From positions 1,696,001 through 1,760,000 of the forward strand of contig CBDAOB010000004.1 of NCBI GenBank assembly GCA_965197905.1: 64,000 bases of DNA, in the 5' to 3' direction. The notes beneath the pieces were generated by a model. It had not been told where the DNA came from, made no database searches, and saw only the letters and a program-made list of their open reading frames with translations. This stretch comes from Candidatus Latescibacterota bacterium (GTDB lineage: Bacteria; Latescibacterota; UBA2968; UBA8231). The translations under genes were made by a program, and so were the position numbers. Below, one piece after another: positions 1 to 12,270 of the stretch. The first letter of the stretch is position 1, and each line of letters opens with the position of its first letter.

Positions 1-1225
1 GGACCGAGAGAACCTCCCGCGTCTCGGCGTGAAATATGATTTTTATCAAGCCGGTTGTATCCCCGGCAATGGGGCCGCGCGCCACCTCATCGTACTCGGC
101 TCTTCCCACCACGTAGTGCACACCCTTCTTTTGCAGCTCCTCCTCCGTTGGACCGACGCTGGAAATCTCGGGAATGGTATAGATTCCATACGGAAAAAAC
201 TCGGGGAAGTGGTGACTTTTCAACATGAACGCGTTGCGCACCGCCAACCTGCCTTGCTCCACCGAGGTTGAGGCCAGTCCCGGCGGACCGATAACGTCGC
301 CGGCGGCGTAGATTGTGGCGCAATCGGTCTGAAACAGAGCGTTGACCGGAACGTTCCCCATTTTGTTCAGGCTGATGCCGGCGCCCTCCAGATTCATGCC
401 TTCGACGTTGGCCACGCGCCCCATCGAATAGAAGCAACGATCCGCCCGAATCGAACCCCCATCCGACAGCGCGATCTCTGCGGCACCATTGTCCGCCTTC
501 CGTAGCTCGTCGATCTTGGTGCCCAAGCGGATGTCGACGCCGATTTCTTCGATGTACTGGCGGAACCGATCCCCCACCTCCACGTCGACCATGCGCAACA
601 CTTCGTCTCGCCGGTCGACCAGGAGCACTTTCACCCCCAGCGCGGCAAACATGGTGGCGTATTCGCAGCCGATGATTCCGGCGCCCAGGACGAGGATCGA
701 TTTCGGCAGGTCCGGCATGCGGAAGACCTCGTCCGAATCCATGAAGAGATGGGGTTCCTCGGGTATGTCGATCGGATGGCGCGGCCGGGATCCGGTGGCG
801 ATGAGCGCAAACTGACATTCGATCTGACAGTTCGGTTGCTCATTCTCGTCGAGAATTTCGATAACGTGCTCGTTGCGAAAACGTGCCGTTCCGTAAACGA
901 CCTCAACGCCGTTTCCTTCGCACTGGTTCTGCAACATGCCGTTTTGATCCTCGATCACCTTATTGATCCGAAAGGTCAAATCGGACATGGAGACTTTGCG
1001 GTGCTCATGGCCGAAATAAGCTGACTGAAGAAATCCCGTCAGGTCCAGAATGGCACGCCGCAAAGCCTTGGAAGGAATGGTTCCATGGTGCAAACAATGG
1101 CCCCCCAGCAAACCCATGCGGTCAACCAGCACCACTTTCTTGCCGGCTTTGGTGCCCTGTATGGCCCCCTTTTGGCCCGCAGGACCTGCTCCTATGACAA
1201 CCAAATCCGCTTCAATCGACTGCAT
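1..1225 (-). CDS. sthA: Soluble pyridine nucleotide transhydrogenase (3' end runs off the window)
   Basis: Manual translation from ATG at 1225: MQSIEADLVVIGAGPAGQKGA...GGHCLHHGTIPSKA...VLGAGIIGCEYA...IYAAGDVIG...GIYTIPEIS. The CxxxGT motif in place of a redox disulfide is typical of SthA. Absent from the ORF track because its stop lies outside the window. Confidence 0.88.
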   Translation of the reverse strand, partial: MQSIEADLVVIGAGPAGQKGAIQGTKAGKKVVLVDRMGLLGGHCLHHGTIPSKALRRAILDLTGFLQSAYFGHEHRKVSMSDLTFRINKVIEDQNGMLQNQCEGNGVEVVYGTARFRNEHVIEILDENEQPNCQIECQFALIATGSRPRHPIDIPEEPHLFMDSDEVFRMPDLPKSILVLGAGIIGCEYATMFAALGVKVLLVDRRDEVLRMVDVEVGDRFRQYIEEIGVDIRLGTKIDELRKADNGAAEIALSDGGSIRADRCFYSMGRVANVEGMNLEGAGISLNKMGNVPVNALFQTDCATIYAAGDVIGPPGLASTSVEQGRLAVRNAFMLKSHHFPEFFPYGIYTIPEISSVGPTEEELQKKGVHYVVGRAEYDEVARGPIAGDTTGLIKIIFHAETREVLSV

Positions 1226-1300
1226 CTTTTCTTGCTCCCCTATATGCTCCTGCTTGCTCCTCTGCTCCCCGGCCTGGCCTGGTCTAGAGATGCTCCGGCT

Positions 1301-2620
1301 TTAATGCATCTGAGCCGCCAGGTCATTGGCTTCGACTTCCAGCGCGGCCAGAACGGTCGCCACATCCGCTCCGTCTGCCGTTTCTACAATGGCGTCCGTA
1401 ATCAGTTTTCGAACCGCCTCGTAGCTAATCACCGTCGGTTCGGACTTGCCGTAGGTCAATAGGCGGTAGGCGCGCTCGTAATTCGGGTTTTCGGCGAAGT
1501 AGTCGCCGAGCTCCTTGGCGGTGCTCTTGCGGACAGGAAAATAATTACTCGCTCTCACCCACCGCGCCTGCTGCTGAGGTTCGGTAAACCATTTTAAGAA
1601 CAGCCAGGCTGCCAGTTGCTGCGGCGGGGTCGTTCGACAGATCGAAATGCTGGCGCCGTAAACGTTGACCACGGGGCGATCGCCGTCGAACGGGGGCGCG
1701 GCGACGCGCCAATCGAATCCCTCTCCCGATTCCACGCCGCTCTTGACAAACGGTAGGCCGGAGGAGCTGCGCAAGGCGAACAGAACGGTGCCGACGCTGA
1801 ATTCCGTGGTATCCCCATAGCGCTCGCTCAGCAATTCGACACACCTCTCTCCGATGAGCTCTTGCATGAGCTCTAGCGACGCGCGGAGCTCAGGAGTGTT
1901 GAGGGTGTAGGTCGTCCCGTCCGCGGATATGAAGTCGCCTCCGCGGCTCATGGTCATGCTCGCGGCCCGACTGGCGTCGGTATCGAGCAAGAAACCGAGG
2001 CTACGGTTGGGGGTGTGCGAGCGACTGAACGGCTGCGAACGGGCTTTGCGGCAAAGCACGGCAAACTGCGCCCAGGTGCGCGGTGGCTCCGAGCGTCCCA
2101 GCTCCTGCAACCAGTCCTGATTGTAATAGAGCACCTCCATGGACCGGTTGGGGGGAAACCCGATCTGCACGCCACCGATCTCGTCCTGCTCTAGAAACGC
2201 CTGGAGGTAGTCGGTGTTGGCCGCGGGTGACAGCCCCCACCTGCGTGAGTTCATGTACGGTTTGATGTCCACCAGACCGTCGGCCCGGTGATACGCCTGC
2301 GCCTGGTTTTGGTAGGCGACAACCAACTCGGGCAGCTCTCCCCCCTGCAGCCCCACCACCATTTTGTTGTAGATGTCGGAGTAGGCGCCGGCGTACTCTC
2401 CCTTCACCGTGATCTGGTAGTCGTTGGTGCGGTTGAACTCGGCGATCATGTCTAGCAGGGCTTCCTCGCGCATGCGCGTGTGCTGGTACCAGAAAACTAC
2501 CTCTTGCCCCGTCGGATCGACCGCTTCCAGGTTGACGACGGGCATCTCAATGCGCTGCGCATCCCCGCATCCACCCAACCACAGGGCAATGATGAAAGGG
2601 CCGATCAGCTTGGAAAACAA
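1301..2620 (-). CDS. Carbohydrate ABC transporter substrate-binding lipoprotein
   Basis: Lipobox LGGC; SBP family 1-like sequence (UgpB-like); follows two permeases. Start moved to TTG at 2620, just after the upstream stop. Confidence 0.85.
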   Translation of the reverse strand: MFSKLIGPFIIALWLGGCGDAQRIEMPVVNLEAVDPTGQEVVFWYQHTRMREEALLDMIAEFNRTNDYQITVKGEYAGAYSDIYNKMVVGLQGGELPELVVAYQNQAQAYHRADGLVDIKPYMNSRRWGLSPAANTDYLQAFLEQDEIGGVQIGFPPNRSMEVLYYNQDWLQELGRSEPPRTWAQFAVLCRKARSQPFSRSHTPNRSLGFLLDTDASRAASMTMSRGGDFISADGTTYTLNTPELRASLELMQELIGERCVELLSERYGDTTEFSVGTVLFALRSSSGLPFVKSGVESGEGFDWRVAAPPFDGDRPVVNVYGASISICRTTPPQQLAAWLFLKWFTEPQQQARWVRASNYFPVRKSTAKELGDYFAENPNYERAYRLLTYGKSEPTVISYEAVRKLITDAIVETADGADVATVLAALEVEANDLAAQMH

Positions 2621-2625
2621 CGGCT

Positions 2626-3471
2626 TTACCCTTTCAGACCGGACATCGAGATTCCTTCCGTGAACTCCTTCTGAATCAAGAAGTAGGCCGCCAGTACCGG
2701 CAAGGTGGCGATAACCGCCCCAGCCATTTGTAGATGCACCTCCGGCCCGGCTTCGCTGACAAACTGCTGCAGTCCCACCGATATGGGTCGCCAGTCCGGC
2801 GTGTTGGTAACCAACAACGGCCAGGCCAGTGAATTCCACGAACCAATAAAGGTGAACATGGCGACGGTCAGCAAGGGGGCGCGGCACAAGGGGAGCACGA
2901 TCTGGAAGAGAAACCGAAGGTGGCCCGCCCCGTCGATGCGGGCCGCATCCCACAAATCATTGGGAATGTTGCGCAGGAACTGGCGCAACAGAAAGATGCT
3001 GAAAGCGCTGGTCATGAAAGGAATCGTCAACGCCGGCCAGCTGTTCAACCAGGCGATGGGAGAGTTGCGATGCAGCCACGACACGGTGAGAAAGTTCGGC
3101 ACCATGGTCACGGTTTCGGGGATCATCAACGTGGCCAGAATCGCCGCAAATATCAGATCCCGTCCGGGAAAGCTCATGCGGGCAAGGGGGTAGGCAGCCA
3201 AAAGCGAAAACAGAAGGGTGCCGCCCACCTGGATCGCGGCGATGATCAGGGAATTCTGGAAATACAGACCGAAGTCCGCTTCTCTCCAGGCTTGGACGTA
3301 ATTGCCCCACTGGACGGTCTCGGGGGCAAGCACGCGGCGCATGGTTTCGCCTTGGGTCATAAACGATGCTAGCAGCATCCACAGGAAAGGGAACGCGGCG
3401 GCAAGGCCACCCGTTGCCAGGGTGGCGTAGATCGTCCACCTGCGGCGGCGGTTTTTTACGTCACTCGCCAT
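2626..3471 (-). CDS. Carbohydrate ABC transporter permease (MalG/UgpE-like)
   Basis: EAA loop DAARIDGA; six hydrophobic segments. Confidence 0.92.
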   Translation of the reverse strand: MASDVKNRRRRWTIYATLATGGLAAAFPFLWMLLASFMTQGETMRRVLAPETVQWGNYVQAWREADFGLYFQNSLIIAAIQVGGTLLFSLLAAYPLARMSFPGRDLIFAAILATLMIPETVTMVPNFLTVSWLHRNSPIAWLNSWPALTIPFMTSAFSIFLLRQFLRNIPNDLWDAARIDGAGHLRFLFQIVLPLCRAPLLTVAMFTFIGSWNSLAWPLLVTNTPDWRPISVGLQQFVSEAGPEVHLQMAGAVIATLPVLAAYFLIQKEFTEGISMSGLKG

Positions 3472-4600
3472 AGAATACCCGTGCTCCCAGCAGGCGATTC
3501 TGCGCCAGCGTGAGACCGAGAATCACCACAAACAGCACAAACGCCATCGCCGCGGCATACCCGGCGTTGTGGTACTCGAAGATCTGATCGAACACCGCGA
3601 CGCTGAGAACATCGGTGGTGTCTCGAGCTCCCGCGGTGCGCATGATGTAGATATGGTTGAACGCCTTGAAGGTGCCGATCACCGCCACCATCGACAGAAA
3701 AAACAGGATGGGAGAGACCAGCGGCAATGTTATATGGCGGAACACCTGTCCCGGACTGGCTCCGTCGATCTCGGCCGCTTCGTAATAGTGCCGTGGGATG
3801 GCGCTCAGGCCAGCCAGCAGGATCACCGTGTCGTAGCCGATGTAAACCCAGATGTTGTAGAGGATGATGGAGACCAGAGCCAAACTCGGAAACCAGTCGT
3901 CGACCCAGGGTGGATAGGCAAGATCCAGACCGCTCAGAATCAACGCCACCACCGACTTGCTTTCGTAGAGCCAGCGCTGGTTCTCCATGCCGAACCAAGC
4001 CCAAAACCGGTTAGCCCACGACGAAGGGTGCGGACTGAAAATGGTGCGAAAAACCACCGCCGTAGCGATGGTGGGGGTGACATACGGCAAGAAAAAGAGC
4101 ACGCGAAAGAACCCTTTCGAGCGCAGGCTTTTCATGAGCAAATATGCCAATGACATGGAGATGGCAAGCTCGGCCGGGATCGTACCCAGAACATAGAATA
4201 CGGTTACCTTGAACCCGTTGTACATCCGGTGATCCCCGGTCTCCACCATGCCGCCCAAACCCACAGCAACAGACAGCCAAATAGCAAAAATCGCAAGTGG
4301 GATCGCGGCTACGTAGCGCCACCGCTTCGCCCTCAGCGTGGACGGGTCGTGGTGGGTGTAGAGGCGTAACGCTCCCCAGGCCGCACCGAGACCAAGTAGA
4401 AAACAGAGGACGTAGACCGGATCGCCCAAGGCGCGAGCGAAATTTCCAAAACCGATGAGCTCTTCTTTGCGAATACGCCAACGATGCAATCCGACGTAGA
4501 CCGCGTACGCGATGGGGAAGAGGCCGAAGGCGAGAAGAATGATGACGGCCGGGGCGAGGAAGCCGAACGCGGCGAACGAGTCCCCGGATTTAGGGCGCAT
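3461..4600 (-). CDS. Carbohydrate ABC transporter permease (MalF/UgpA-like)
   Basis: EAA motif YYEAAEIDGA; multiple TM segments. Confidence 0.92.
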   Translation of the reverse strand: MRPKSGDSFAAFGFLAPAVIILLAFGLFPIAYAVYVGLHRWRIRKEELIGFGNFARALGDPVYVLCFLLGLGAAWGALRLYTHHDPSTLRAKRWRYVAAIPLAIFAIWLSVAVGLGGMVETGDHRMYNGFKVTVFYVLGTIPAELAISMSLAYLLMKSLRSKGFFRVLFFLPYVTPTIATAVVFRTIFSPHPSSWANRFWAWFGMENQRWLYESKSVVALILSGLDLAYPPWVDDWFPSLALVSIILYNIWVYIGYDTVILLAGLSAIPRHYYEAAEIDGASPGQVFRHITLPLVSPILFFLSMVAVIGTFKAFNHIYIMRTAGARDTTDVLSVAVFDQIFEYHNAGYAAAMAFVLFVVILGLTLAQNRLLGARVFYGE

Positions 4601-4775
4601 AGGGCAGGGTTGCAGGTCTCGTCGGCGGGAGAATGTTGTTTCGCGACTCGCTCTTGTCTAGTCGGCAGCGACCGCTTCGATGGTTAGCGGTACCTTCACC
4701 TCGTCCTCGACGATTCTGGCTGGATCGGTCCGCTAACCCTTTATCGCAACGTCGGGGACCCTTCGTGCGCGGCGT

Positions 4776-4815
4776 ACGAAGAATGTCCTCCGGAACATCG
4801 CTGTTCCGGAGGACA
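4776..4815 (-). terminator. Probable terminator of the tRNA operon
   Basis: Perfect 14-bp stem TGTCCTCCGGAACA (4784-4797/4802-4815) with a GCGA loop on the minus strand, followed by TTCTT, just 3' of tRNA-Gln. Confidence 0.55.
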
Positions 4816-4821
4816 ACAGAT

Positions 4822-4895
4822 TGGCTGCGCCCCAGGGATTCGAACCCCGATAACATGATCCAGAGCCATGTGTCCTACCATTGAACGAGGGCGCA
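4822..4895 (-). tRNA. tRNA-Gln(CTG)
   Basis: Cloverleaf; anticodon loop CTCTGGA; GTTCGAATCC T-arm; encoded CCA. Confidence 0.95.
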
Positions 4896-4904
4896 GCTCG
4901 TTTG

Positions 4905-4997
<93 letters not shown>

Positions 4998-5021
4998 GTA
5001 AGTGCGAACCGGGTGCTCAAC

Positions 5022-5108
5022 TGGCGGAGGGTGAGGGACTCGAACCCTCAAGGGCGTGAGCCCGGCGGTTTTCAAGACCGCTGCCTTACCAATTAGGTCT
5101 AACCCTCC
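5022..5108 (-). tRNA. tRNA-Ser(TGA)
   Basis: Anticodon loop CTTGAAA; long variable arm; GTTCGAGTCC; CCA. Confidence 0.95.
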
Positions 5109-5127
5109 TCAAAGACTAGGTTTACAA

Positions 5128-5156
5128 AATATACAAGGGCGGATTTTGAGCGTCAA
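5128..5156 (-). promoter_or_regulatory. sigma70-like promoter of the tRNA operon
   Basis: TTGACG-N17-TATATT on the minus strand. Confidence 0.65.
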
Positions 5157-7642
5157 CCCGGTGGCGGCTCGACCTCCTCCTGGCCATTCGTCCCGGCTTC
5201 GTCGTCGTCGGCATCGTCGTTCTGAACCACCCGCGTTATGTCGATTACGCGATCGCCCTCGTCCAGATTTATGACGCGAACTCCCTGGGTGTTGCGCCCG
5301 ATCGCCGAGATGCCGGTGACCGGCAGGCGAATAACAATGCCGTTGGCGCTGACGATCATCACCTCGTCTTCCTCCTGCACTTCCAGACAGGCCACCACTC
5401 CCCCGTTGCGATCGGTAGTCTTGATGTCGATGACTCCCTTGCCGCCGCGGTGGATCGCTGGGTATTCGGCGGTCTCGGTGCGTTTGCCGTAGCCGTTTTC
5501 GCAGACGGTGAGTAACGCCGCCTCCTTTTCGACCACGACCATATCGACAACCTCGTCACGGGCTCCCAGAGAGATTCCCTTGACCCCCGTTGAGGCGCGG
5601 CCCACGGGCCTGACCTCACTTTCGTTAAAACGGACACACATGCCAGTCTGGGTCGCCAGTAGAATGTGCTGCGAGCCATCGGTGACGGCCGCCCCGATTA
5701 GCGCGTCATTTTCCTGGATGCGCAGCGCGCGGATTCCGTCTCGGCGAATGTTCTTGTAGGCGGACAGGACCGTTTTCTTGACGATGCCGCCCCGCGTTGC
5801 CGTAAACAGGAAGCGATCGTCAGCAAACTCTTGAACCGGTACGACGGCGGCGATCTTTTCATCGGATTCGAGCATCAAGAGGTTCACGACGCTGCGTCCT
5901 CTGGAGGTGCGCTCGCCCTCGGGAATGCGGTAGACCTTCAACCAGTGGCATCGCCCGTTGGTGGTGAGGAACATGAGATAGGCATGGGTCGAGGCGACGA
6001 ACAGGTGCTCGACGAAATCTTCTTCCTTAGGTTTCATGCCGGTGACACCCCGGCCGCCCCGGTTTTGGGTGCGGTAGGCTTTAGGCGACATCCGCTTTAT
6101 GTACCCCGAACGCGAGATGGTCACCACCATCTCCTCTTCCTGGATCAAGTCTTCTAGGTCGAACTCTTCAGCGGAGTAGACGATCTCCGTGCGCCGGTTG
6201 TCGCCGAAGCGTTCCTTGATCTCTAGAATCTCATCCTTGATGATGTGCATCTGCTCATCGCGGCTTGACAACACCGCGCGCAGACGTTCGATGAACTTGA
6301 GCAGGCCGCTGTATTCGGTGTCGATCTTGTCCTGTTCGAGGTTTGTCAGGCGTTGCAACGGCATGCTCAGAATCGCCTGGCTTTGAATCTCGCTCAGTTC
6401 AAATCGCTCCATCAGGGCCTGTTTGGCTTCTTCTGGGTTGCGCGAGGCGCGAATCAACCGAATGACCTCGTCGATTTCCCGCAAGGCGATGCGCAAGCCG
6501 GCGAGGACGTGTGCTCGCGCTTCGGCTTTCTCCAGCTCGAAACGGGTGCGCCGCAGCACCACCTGATGGCGATGGTCCACGTAGTGGTGGAGCATCTCCT
6601 TGAGGTTCAACACTTTCGGCTTGGCGTTGACGATCGCCAGCATGGTTACGCCGAAGGTGGTCTGCAGCATGCTGTGTGAGAACAACTGGTTCAGCACCAC
6701 ATCGGCGTGGGCGTCGCGCTTGAGCTCGAAGACGATGCGCAGACCGGCGCGCCCCGACTCATCGCGAATGTTGGAGATCCCTTCAACCGTCTTGTCACGC
6801 ACCAGGTCGGCGACCTTCTCCAGCAAGTTAGATTTATCGACCAGAAACGGGATCTCGGTAACGATCAGGTTTTCGCGCCCGTTTTTGAGAGTTTCCACAT
6901 CGGTGCGAGCGCGAAGATAAATCATGCCGCGTCCGCACAGATAGGCCTGTTGGACACCGGTTATGCCGTGGATAACGCCGCCGGTGGGGAAATCGGGTGC
7001 CTTGATATGTTCCATCAAACCACCGATGGTGATGTCGGGATCGTCAATCAGAGCGGTCAGTGCATCCGCTACCTCGGAGACGTTGTGGGGCGGGATCTTG
7101 GTCGCCATGCCAACGGCGATACCCACTGAGCCGTTGCACAGCAGGTTGGGAAACTTGGCGGGCAACACCACCGGTTCGTTTCGAGTCTCGTCATAGTTAC
7201 CCTGAAAATCTACCGTGTCCTTGTCCAGGTCCTCCAGCAGCTGCATCGCCGGCCAGCTCAAACGCGACTCGGTGTAGCGCATGGCGGCCGGTGGGTATCC
7301 ATCGATGGAGCCGAAATTCCCCTGGCCGTCCACCAGGGGGTAACGCAGGCGAAAATTCTGCGCCATGTGCACGAGGGTAGGGTACACAATCGCTTCGCCG
7401 TGCGGGTGGTAATTGCCGGAGGTGTCGCCGGCGATCTTGGCACACTTGCGAAATCCACGGTTGGGGGCTAGGCTCAAATCGTTCATGGCCACGAGAATCC
7501 GTCGCTGGGACGGCTTGAGCCCGTCCCGCACATCCGGAAGCGCGCGCGCCATGATCACGCTCATCGAATAGTCGAGGAACGACGTCTTTAGCTCGTCTTC
7601 GATCTTGACCGGTAGGATCCGGGGTTCCGGCTGTTCCAGCAT
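5153..7642 (-). CDS. gyrA: DNA gyrase subunit A
   Basis: ALPDVRDGLKP, HPHG, AAMRYTE (catalytic Tyr), GyrA-box QNRGGRG. Confidence 0.98.
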   Translation of the reverse strand: MLEQPEPRILPVKIEDELKTSFLDYSMSVIMARALPDVRDGLKPSQRRILVAMNDLSLAPNRGFRKCAKIAGDTSGNYHPHGEAIVYPTLVHMAQNFRLRYPLVDGQGNFGSIDGYPPAAMRYTESRLSWPAMQLLEDLDKDTVDFQGNYDETRNEPVVLPAKFPNLLCNGSVGIAVGMATKIPPHNVSEVADALTALIDDPDITIGGLMEHIKAPDFPTGGVIHGITGVQQAYLCGRGMIYLRARTDVETLKNGRENLIVTEIPFLVDKSNLLEKVADLVRDKTVEGISNIRDESGRAGLRIVFELKRDAHADVVLNQLFSHSMLQTTFGVTMLAIVNAKPKVLNLKEMLHHYVDHRHQVVLRRTRFELEKAEARAHVLAGLRIALREIDEVIRLIRASRNPEEAKQALMERFELSEIQSQAILSMPLQRLTNLEQDKIDTEYSGLLKFIERLRAVLSSRDEQMHIIKDEILEIKERFGDNRRTEIVYSAEEFDLEDLIQEEEMVVTISRSGYIKRMSPKAYRTQNRGGRGVTGMKPKEEDFVEHLFVASTHAYLMFLTTNGRCHWLKVYRIPEGERTSRGRSVVNLLMLESDEKIAAVVPVQEFADDRFLFTATRGGIVKKTVLSAYKNIRRDGIRALRIQENDALIGAAVTDGSQHILLATQTGMCVRFNESEVRPVGRASTGVKGISLGARDEVVDMVVVEKEAALLTVCENGYGKRTETAEYPAIHRGGKGVIDIKTTDRNGGVVACLEVQEEDEVMIVSANGIVIRLPVTGISAIGRNTQGVRVINLDEGDRVIDITRVVQNDDADDDEAGTNGQEEVEPPPG

Positions 7643-7686
7643 CGCTTTCTATCTCTTGATTCTAATGAGGTTCTTCTGCAGTCTGA

Positions 7687-9636
<1,950 letters not shown>

Positions 9637-9654
9637 CTAGTGCTGTTCCTCCAC

Positions 9655-10050
9655 CTAACGGGCCTCGCGCGAGCCGCCGGTTCGTTCTCTGCCGGCGGAG
9701 TTGACTCCGCGTCTGTGCTCAGCGGTTACAAAGATCAGGTCTGTGACGATCTCCGACCCGGCCTCGACGTTGATCCTCCTCAAGATTTCCCTTTTCATGA
9801 AACTCAGTTGGCTGCTCCAAACTGGAGAGCTAACTGCCACCTCCATCCGCCCCCTTTTGACGTTCATCGGTTGTGCGTGCTGCGCCAGCTGCTCGCCAAC
9901 GGCCCGGTCCCAGGCCAGTTGCGCCCGGCATTCTGCCACCTTCTGCCCCAGTCCGAGCTCGGAGATCACCGCATTGAGCAACCCCGAAAGCGCGACCGGC
10001 TCGCCGTCGGAACGCTCACCCGGCGAGGCGGATTTCCGAGAAGCGGTCAC
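9655..10050 (-). CDS. dciA: DUF721/DciA family helicase-operating protein
   Basis: W..AVG...AQH and W...LSFMK..IL..IN pattern; canonical position between recF and gyrB. Confidence 0.8.
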   Translation of the reverse strand: MTASRKSASPGERSDGEPVALSGLLNAVISELGLGQKVAECRAQLAWDRAVGEQLAQHAQPMNVKRGRMEVAVSSPVWSSQLSFMKREILRRINVEAGSEIVTDLIFVTAEHRRGVNSAGRERTGGSREAR

Positions 10051-11089
10051 GGACGGTGCGATCGAGCTGGTTAGGGGTGGTCAGCAGTATCTGGTCGAAT
10101 TCCTCCAACTGATCCAGTAGACGATCGATCCGCTGCTCGTCCAGCTCGGAAAAGAGATCGTCGAGAAGCAGTACGGGTTTCTTGCCGGTGGCCGCCTTGA
10201 GGTAGTCGAATTCCGCGATCTTCCAGGCAATCAAGGTGGTCTTCAGCTGGCCTTCCGAGGCAAAATCGTGAGTGGCGGCTCCGTTGAGCGTGAAAACCAG
10301 GTCGTCTCGATGCGGACCGCACAGGGTGTGACCCTGGCGTCGTTCGGCCTCCCGCTGTTCCTCTAGCTGAGTCTGCAGCCCGTCCAACTGGTCTGGGGCC
10401 AGCGGACCATGATAACGCAGCTCGGCAACCTCCTCCGCCGGCGAAAAACGGCTGTAGGCGTCGCCAAACGGAGCGGACAACTGGTCAATTGCACACAGGC
10501 GCCGTTCCCGAATGCGAGCTCCCAGCGAACAGAACTGCCCGTCCCATGCTTCGACCGCGCTCGAGTCCCGACGGGGACCAAAGTTAGCCGTTCGCAACGC
10601 CCGATTGCGCTGTGCCAACACCCGGTTGTACTGCTGTAGGTCACGTAGATAAGGGGTCGACGCCTGGGAGATAAGAATGTCGAGGGCTCGCCGTCGTGCG
10701 GCGGAGAAACGCAATACTAGCGATACATCTTCCGGGGCAAAATGGACGGTCATGAAAATCCCTACCAGGTCCGAGACCCGGGGCAGCGGAGATTCGTCGC
10801 AAAAACTCTTCTTTCCCGAACTCTTGGCATAGTAGATCCTCAGCTTGTGCTCGCTCTCGCCATCGCTGCAATGGGCTTCCACGTCAAAGTGTTCACCGTC
10901 GTGGGGAATGGCCATCTGGTCGCGTGATCCCCGCACCGATTTTCCGATCGACAAATACGATATCGCTTCCAGGATGTTGCTTTTGCCGAGCCCGTTGGCG
11001 CCCGAGATAAGAACGCGATCGGCATCTACTGTAAGGCGTTTGTCTGCGAAATTACGAAACGGCTTGAGGTTTATTTCGCGAATCCTCAA
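10016..11089 (-). CDS. recF: DNA replication/repair protein RecF
   Basis: FRN, Walker A GANGLGKSN, GPHRDDL, SEGQ, LLLDDLFSELD. Confidence 0.97.
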   Translation of the reverse strand: MRIREINLKPFRNFADKRLTVDADRVLISGANGLGKSNILEAISYLSIGKSVRGSRDQMAIPHDGEHFDVEAHCSDGESEHKLRIYYAKSSGKKSFCDESPLPRVSDLVGIFMTVHFAPEDVSLVLRFSAARRRALDILISQASTPYLRDLQQYNRVLAQRNRALRTANFGPRRDSSAVEAWDGQFCSLGARIRERRLCAIDQLSAPFGDAYSRFSPAEEVAELRYHGPLAPDQLDGLQTQLEEQREAERRQGHTLCGPHRDDLVFTLNGAATHDFASEGQLKTTLIAWKIAEFDYLKAATGKKPVLLLDDLFSELDEQRIDRLLDQLEEFDQILLTTPNQLDRTVRDRFSEIRLAG

Positions 11090-11103
11090 CGCGCCGGCGT
11101 ATC

Positions 11104-12270
11104 CTAGCCACTCGGTCTCAGAGGCATCAAGAGACAGAAGTAGTCTTCGTCCGGTCCCTGGTCCACTGGTCGCAAGAGCGCTGCTGTAACGGGGTTGTTG
11201 AGCGCGAAACGTACCTCGTTGGAATCTATCTTGCGCAAGATCTCCAGGAGGTAGGTAGCGTTGAATCCGATCTCCATCTCTTCGTCTTGGTAAACCGCCG
11301 GCAATTGCTCCCTCGCCTCCCCTCCGAGTTCCTGGCTGGATGCGGAAAGCTCTACGTTGCTGGCGCCAAGCCGCATGCGCACCTGGCGGGTGTAGCTGCT
11401 TGAAAGGATGGATACCCGGCGAACAGTGGGTAATAACTGTTCGTTTGAGATGCGGAGTTCCTTGTTGTTGTCTTTGGGAATTACCTGACTATAATCTACG
11501 TACGGGCCCTCGATAAGGCGCGTAAGCAGCCGCGTCTCCCCCATATCGAATAGCACTTGACTTCGATCCAGGGTTACATGCTCTACCTCATGCTGCTTAC
11601 CCACAAGCTTCACAATCTGCGCCAGTGATTGAGGAGGCACGATGACTTCTGATGCCTCTTTACCCTTGACTTGGTCTTTGAGATCGAGGTTGCGGCGGTA
11701 ACAGGCCAGACGCGAGCCATCGGTCGCCACCATATCCATACCGTCTTCACCAATGCGCCAAAACACGCCGTTGAGGACCGGTCGGGTATCATCCTTCGAT
11801 ACCGCAAAGGCCGTCTTTTCGATCATCTTACTCAAACTATCGCCGTCCACGGCCGGTAGCTGCGTCCAGTCGATCGACAGTCCGTCGAGGGACGTGGGCA
11901 TTTGCGGAAACTCTTCAGGGGGGATGCCCGATAGCGTGTAGGCGCCTTCACCGCCCTCATCTGCTCCCAATCTCCCTGAAAGCTGGATCCTTTCTCCCTC
12001 GACGACAATATGTAAGGCGGTTTCAGGCCATTCCCTTGCGATTTCCGCCAGGGTCCGAGCCGGGACCGTTACGCTACCTCCCTTTTCGATAGCGGCGGAC
12101 ACGCTTGTTTTGATCGAAAGATCCAGATCAGTGGCGGCCAACGAAAGTCGATCCCCTTCCGCGCTCAACAGGAGATTGGACAGAATAGGCATGGCCGGCT
12201 TTGCCGGAACCACATCTAGTACCGTTTCGATGCCGCGCCACAACTCGTTGCGTTCGACGGTCAAATTCAT
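11104..12270 (-). CDS. dnaN: DNA polymerase III beta clamp
   Basis: ATDLD, ATDGSRL, RLIEGPY, C-terminal LLMPLR; synteny. Confidence 0.97.
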   Translation of the reverse strand: MNLTVERNELWRGIETVLDVVPAKPAMPILSNLLLSAEGDRLSLAATDLDLSIKTSVSAAIEKGGSVTVPARTLAEIAREWPETALHIVVEGERIQLSGRLGADEGGEGAYTLSGIPPEEFPQMPTSLDGLSIDWTQLPAVDGDSLSKMIEKTAFAVSKDDTRPVLNGVFWRIGEDGMDMVATDGSRLACYRRNLDLKDQVKGKEASEVIVPPQSLAQIVKLVGKQHEVEHVTLDRSQVLFDMGETRLLTRLIEGPYVDYSQVIPKDNNKELRISNEQLLPTVRRVSILSSSYTRQVRMRLGASNVELSASSQELGGEAREQLPAVYQDEEMEIGFNATYLLEILRKIDSNEVRFALNNPVTAALLRPVDQGPDEDYFCLLMPLRPSG

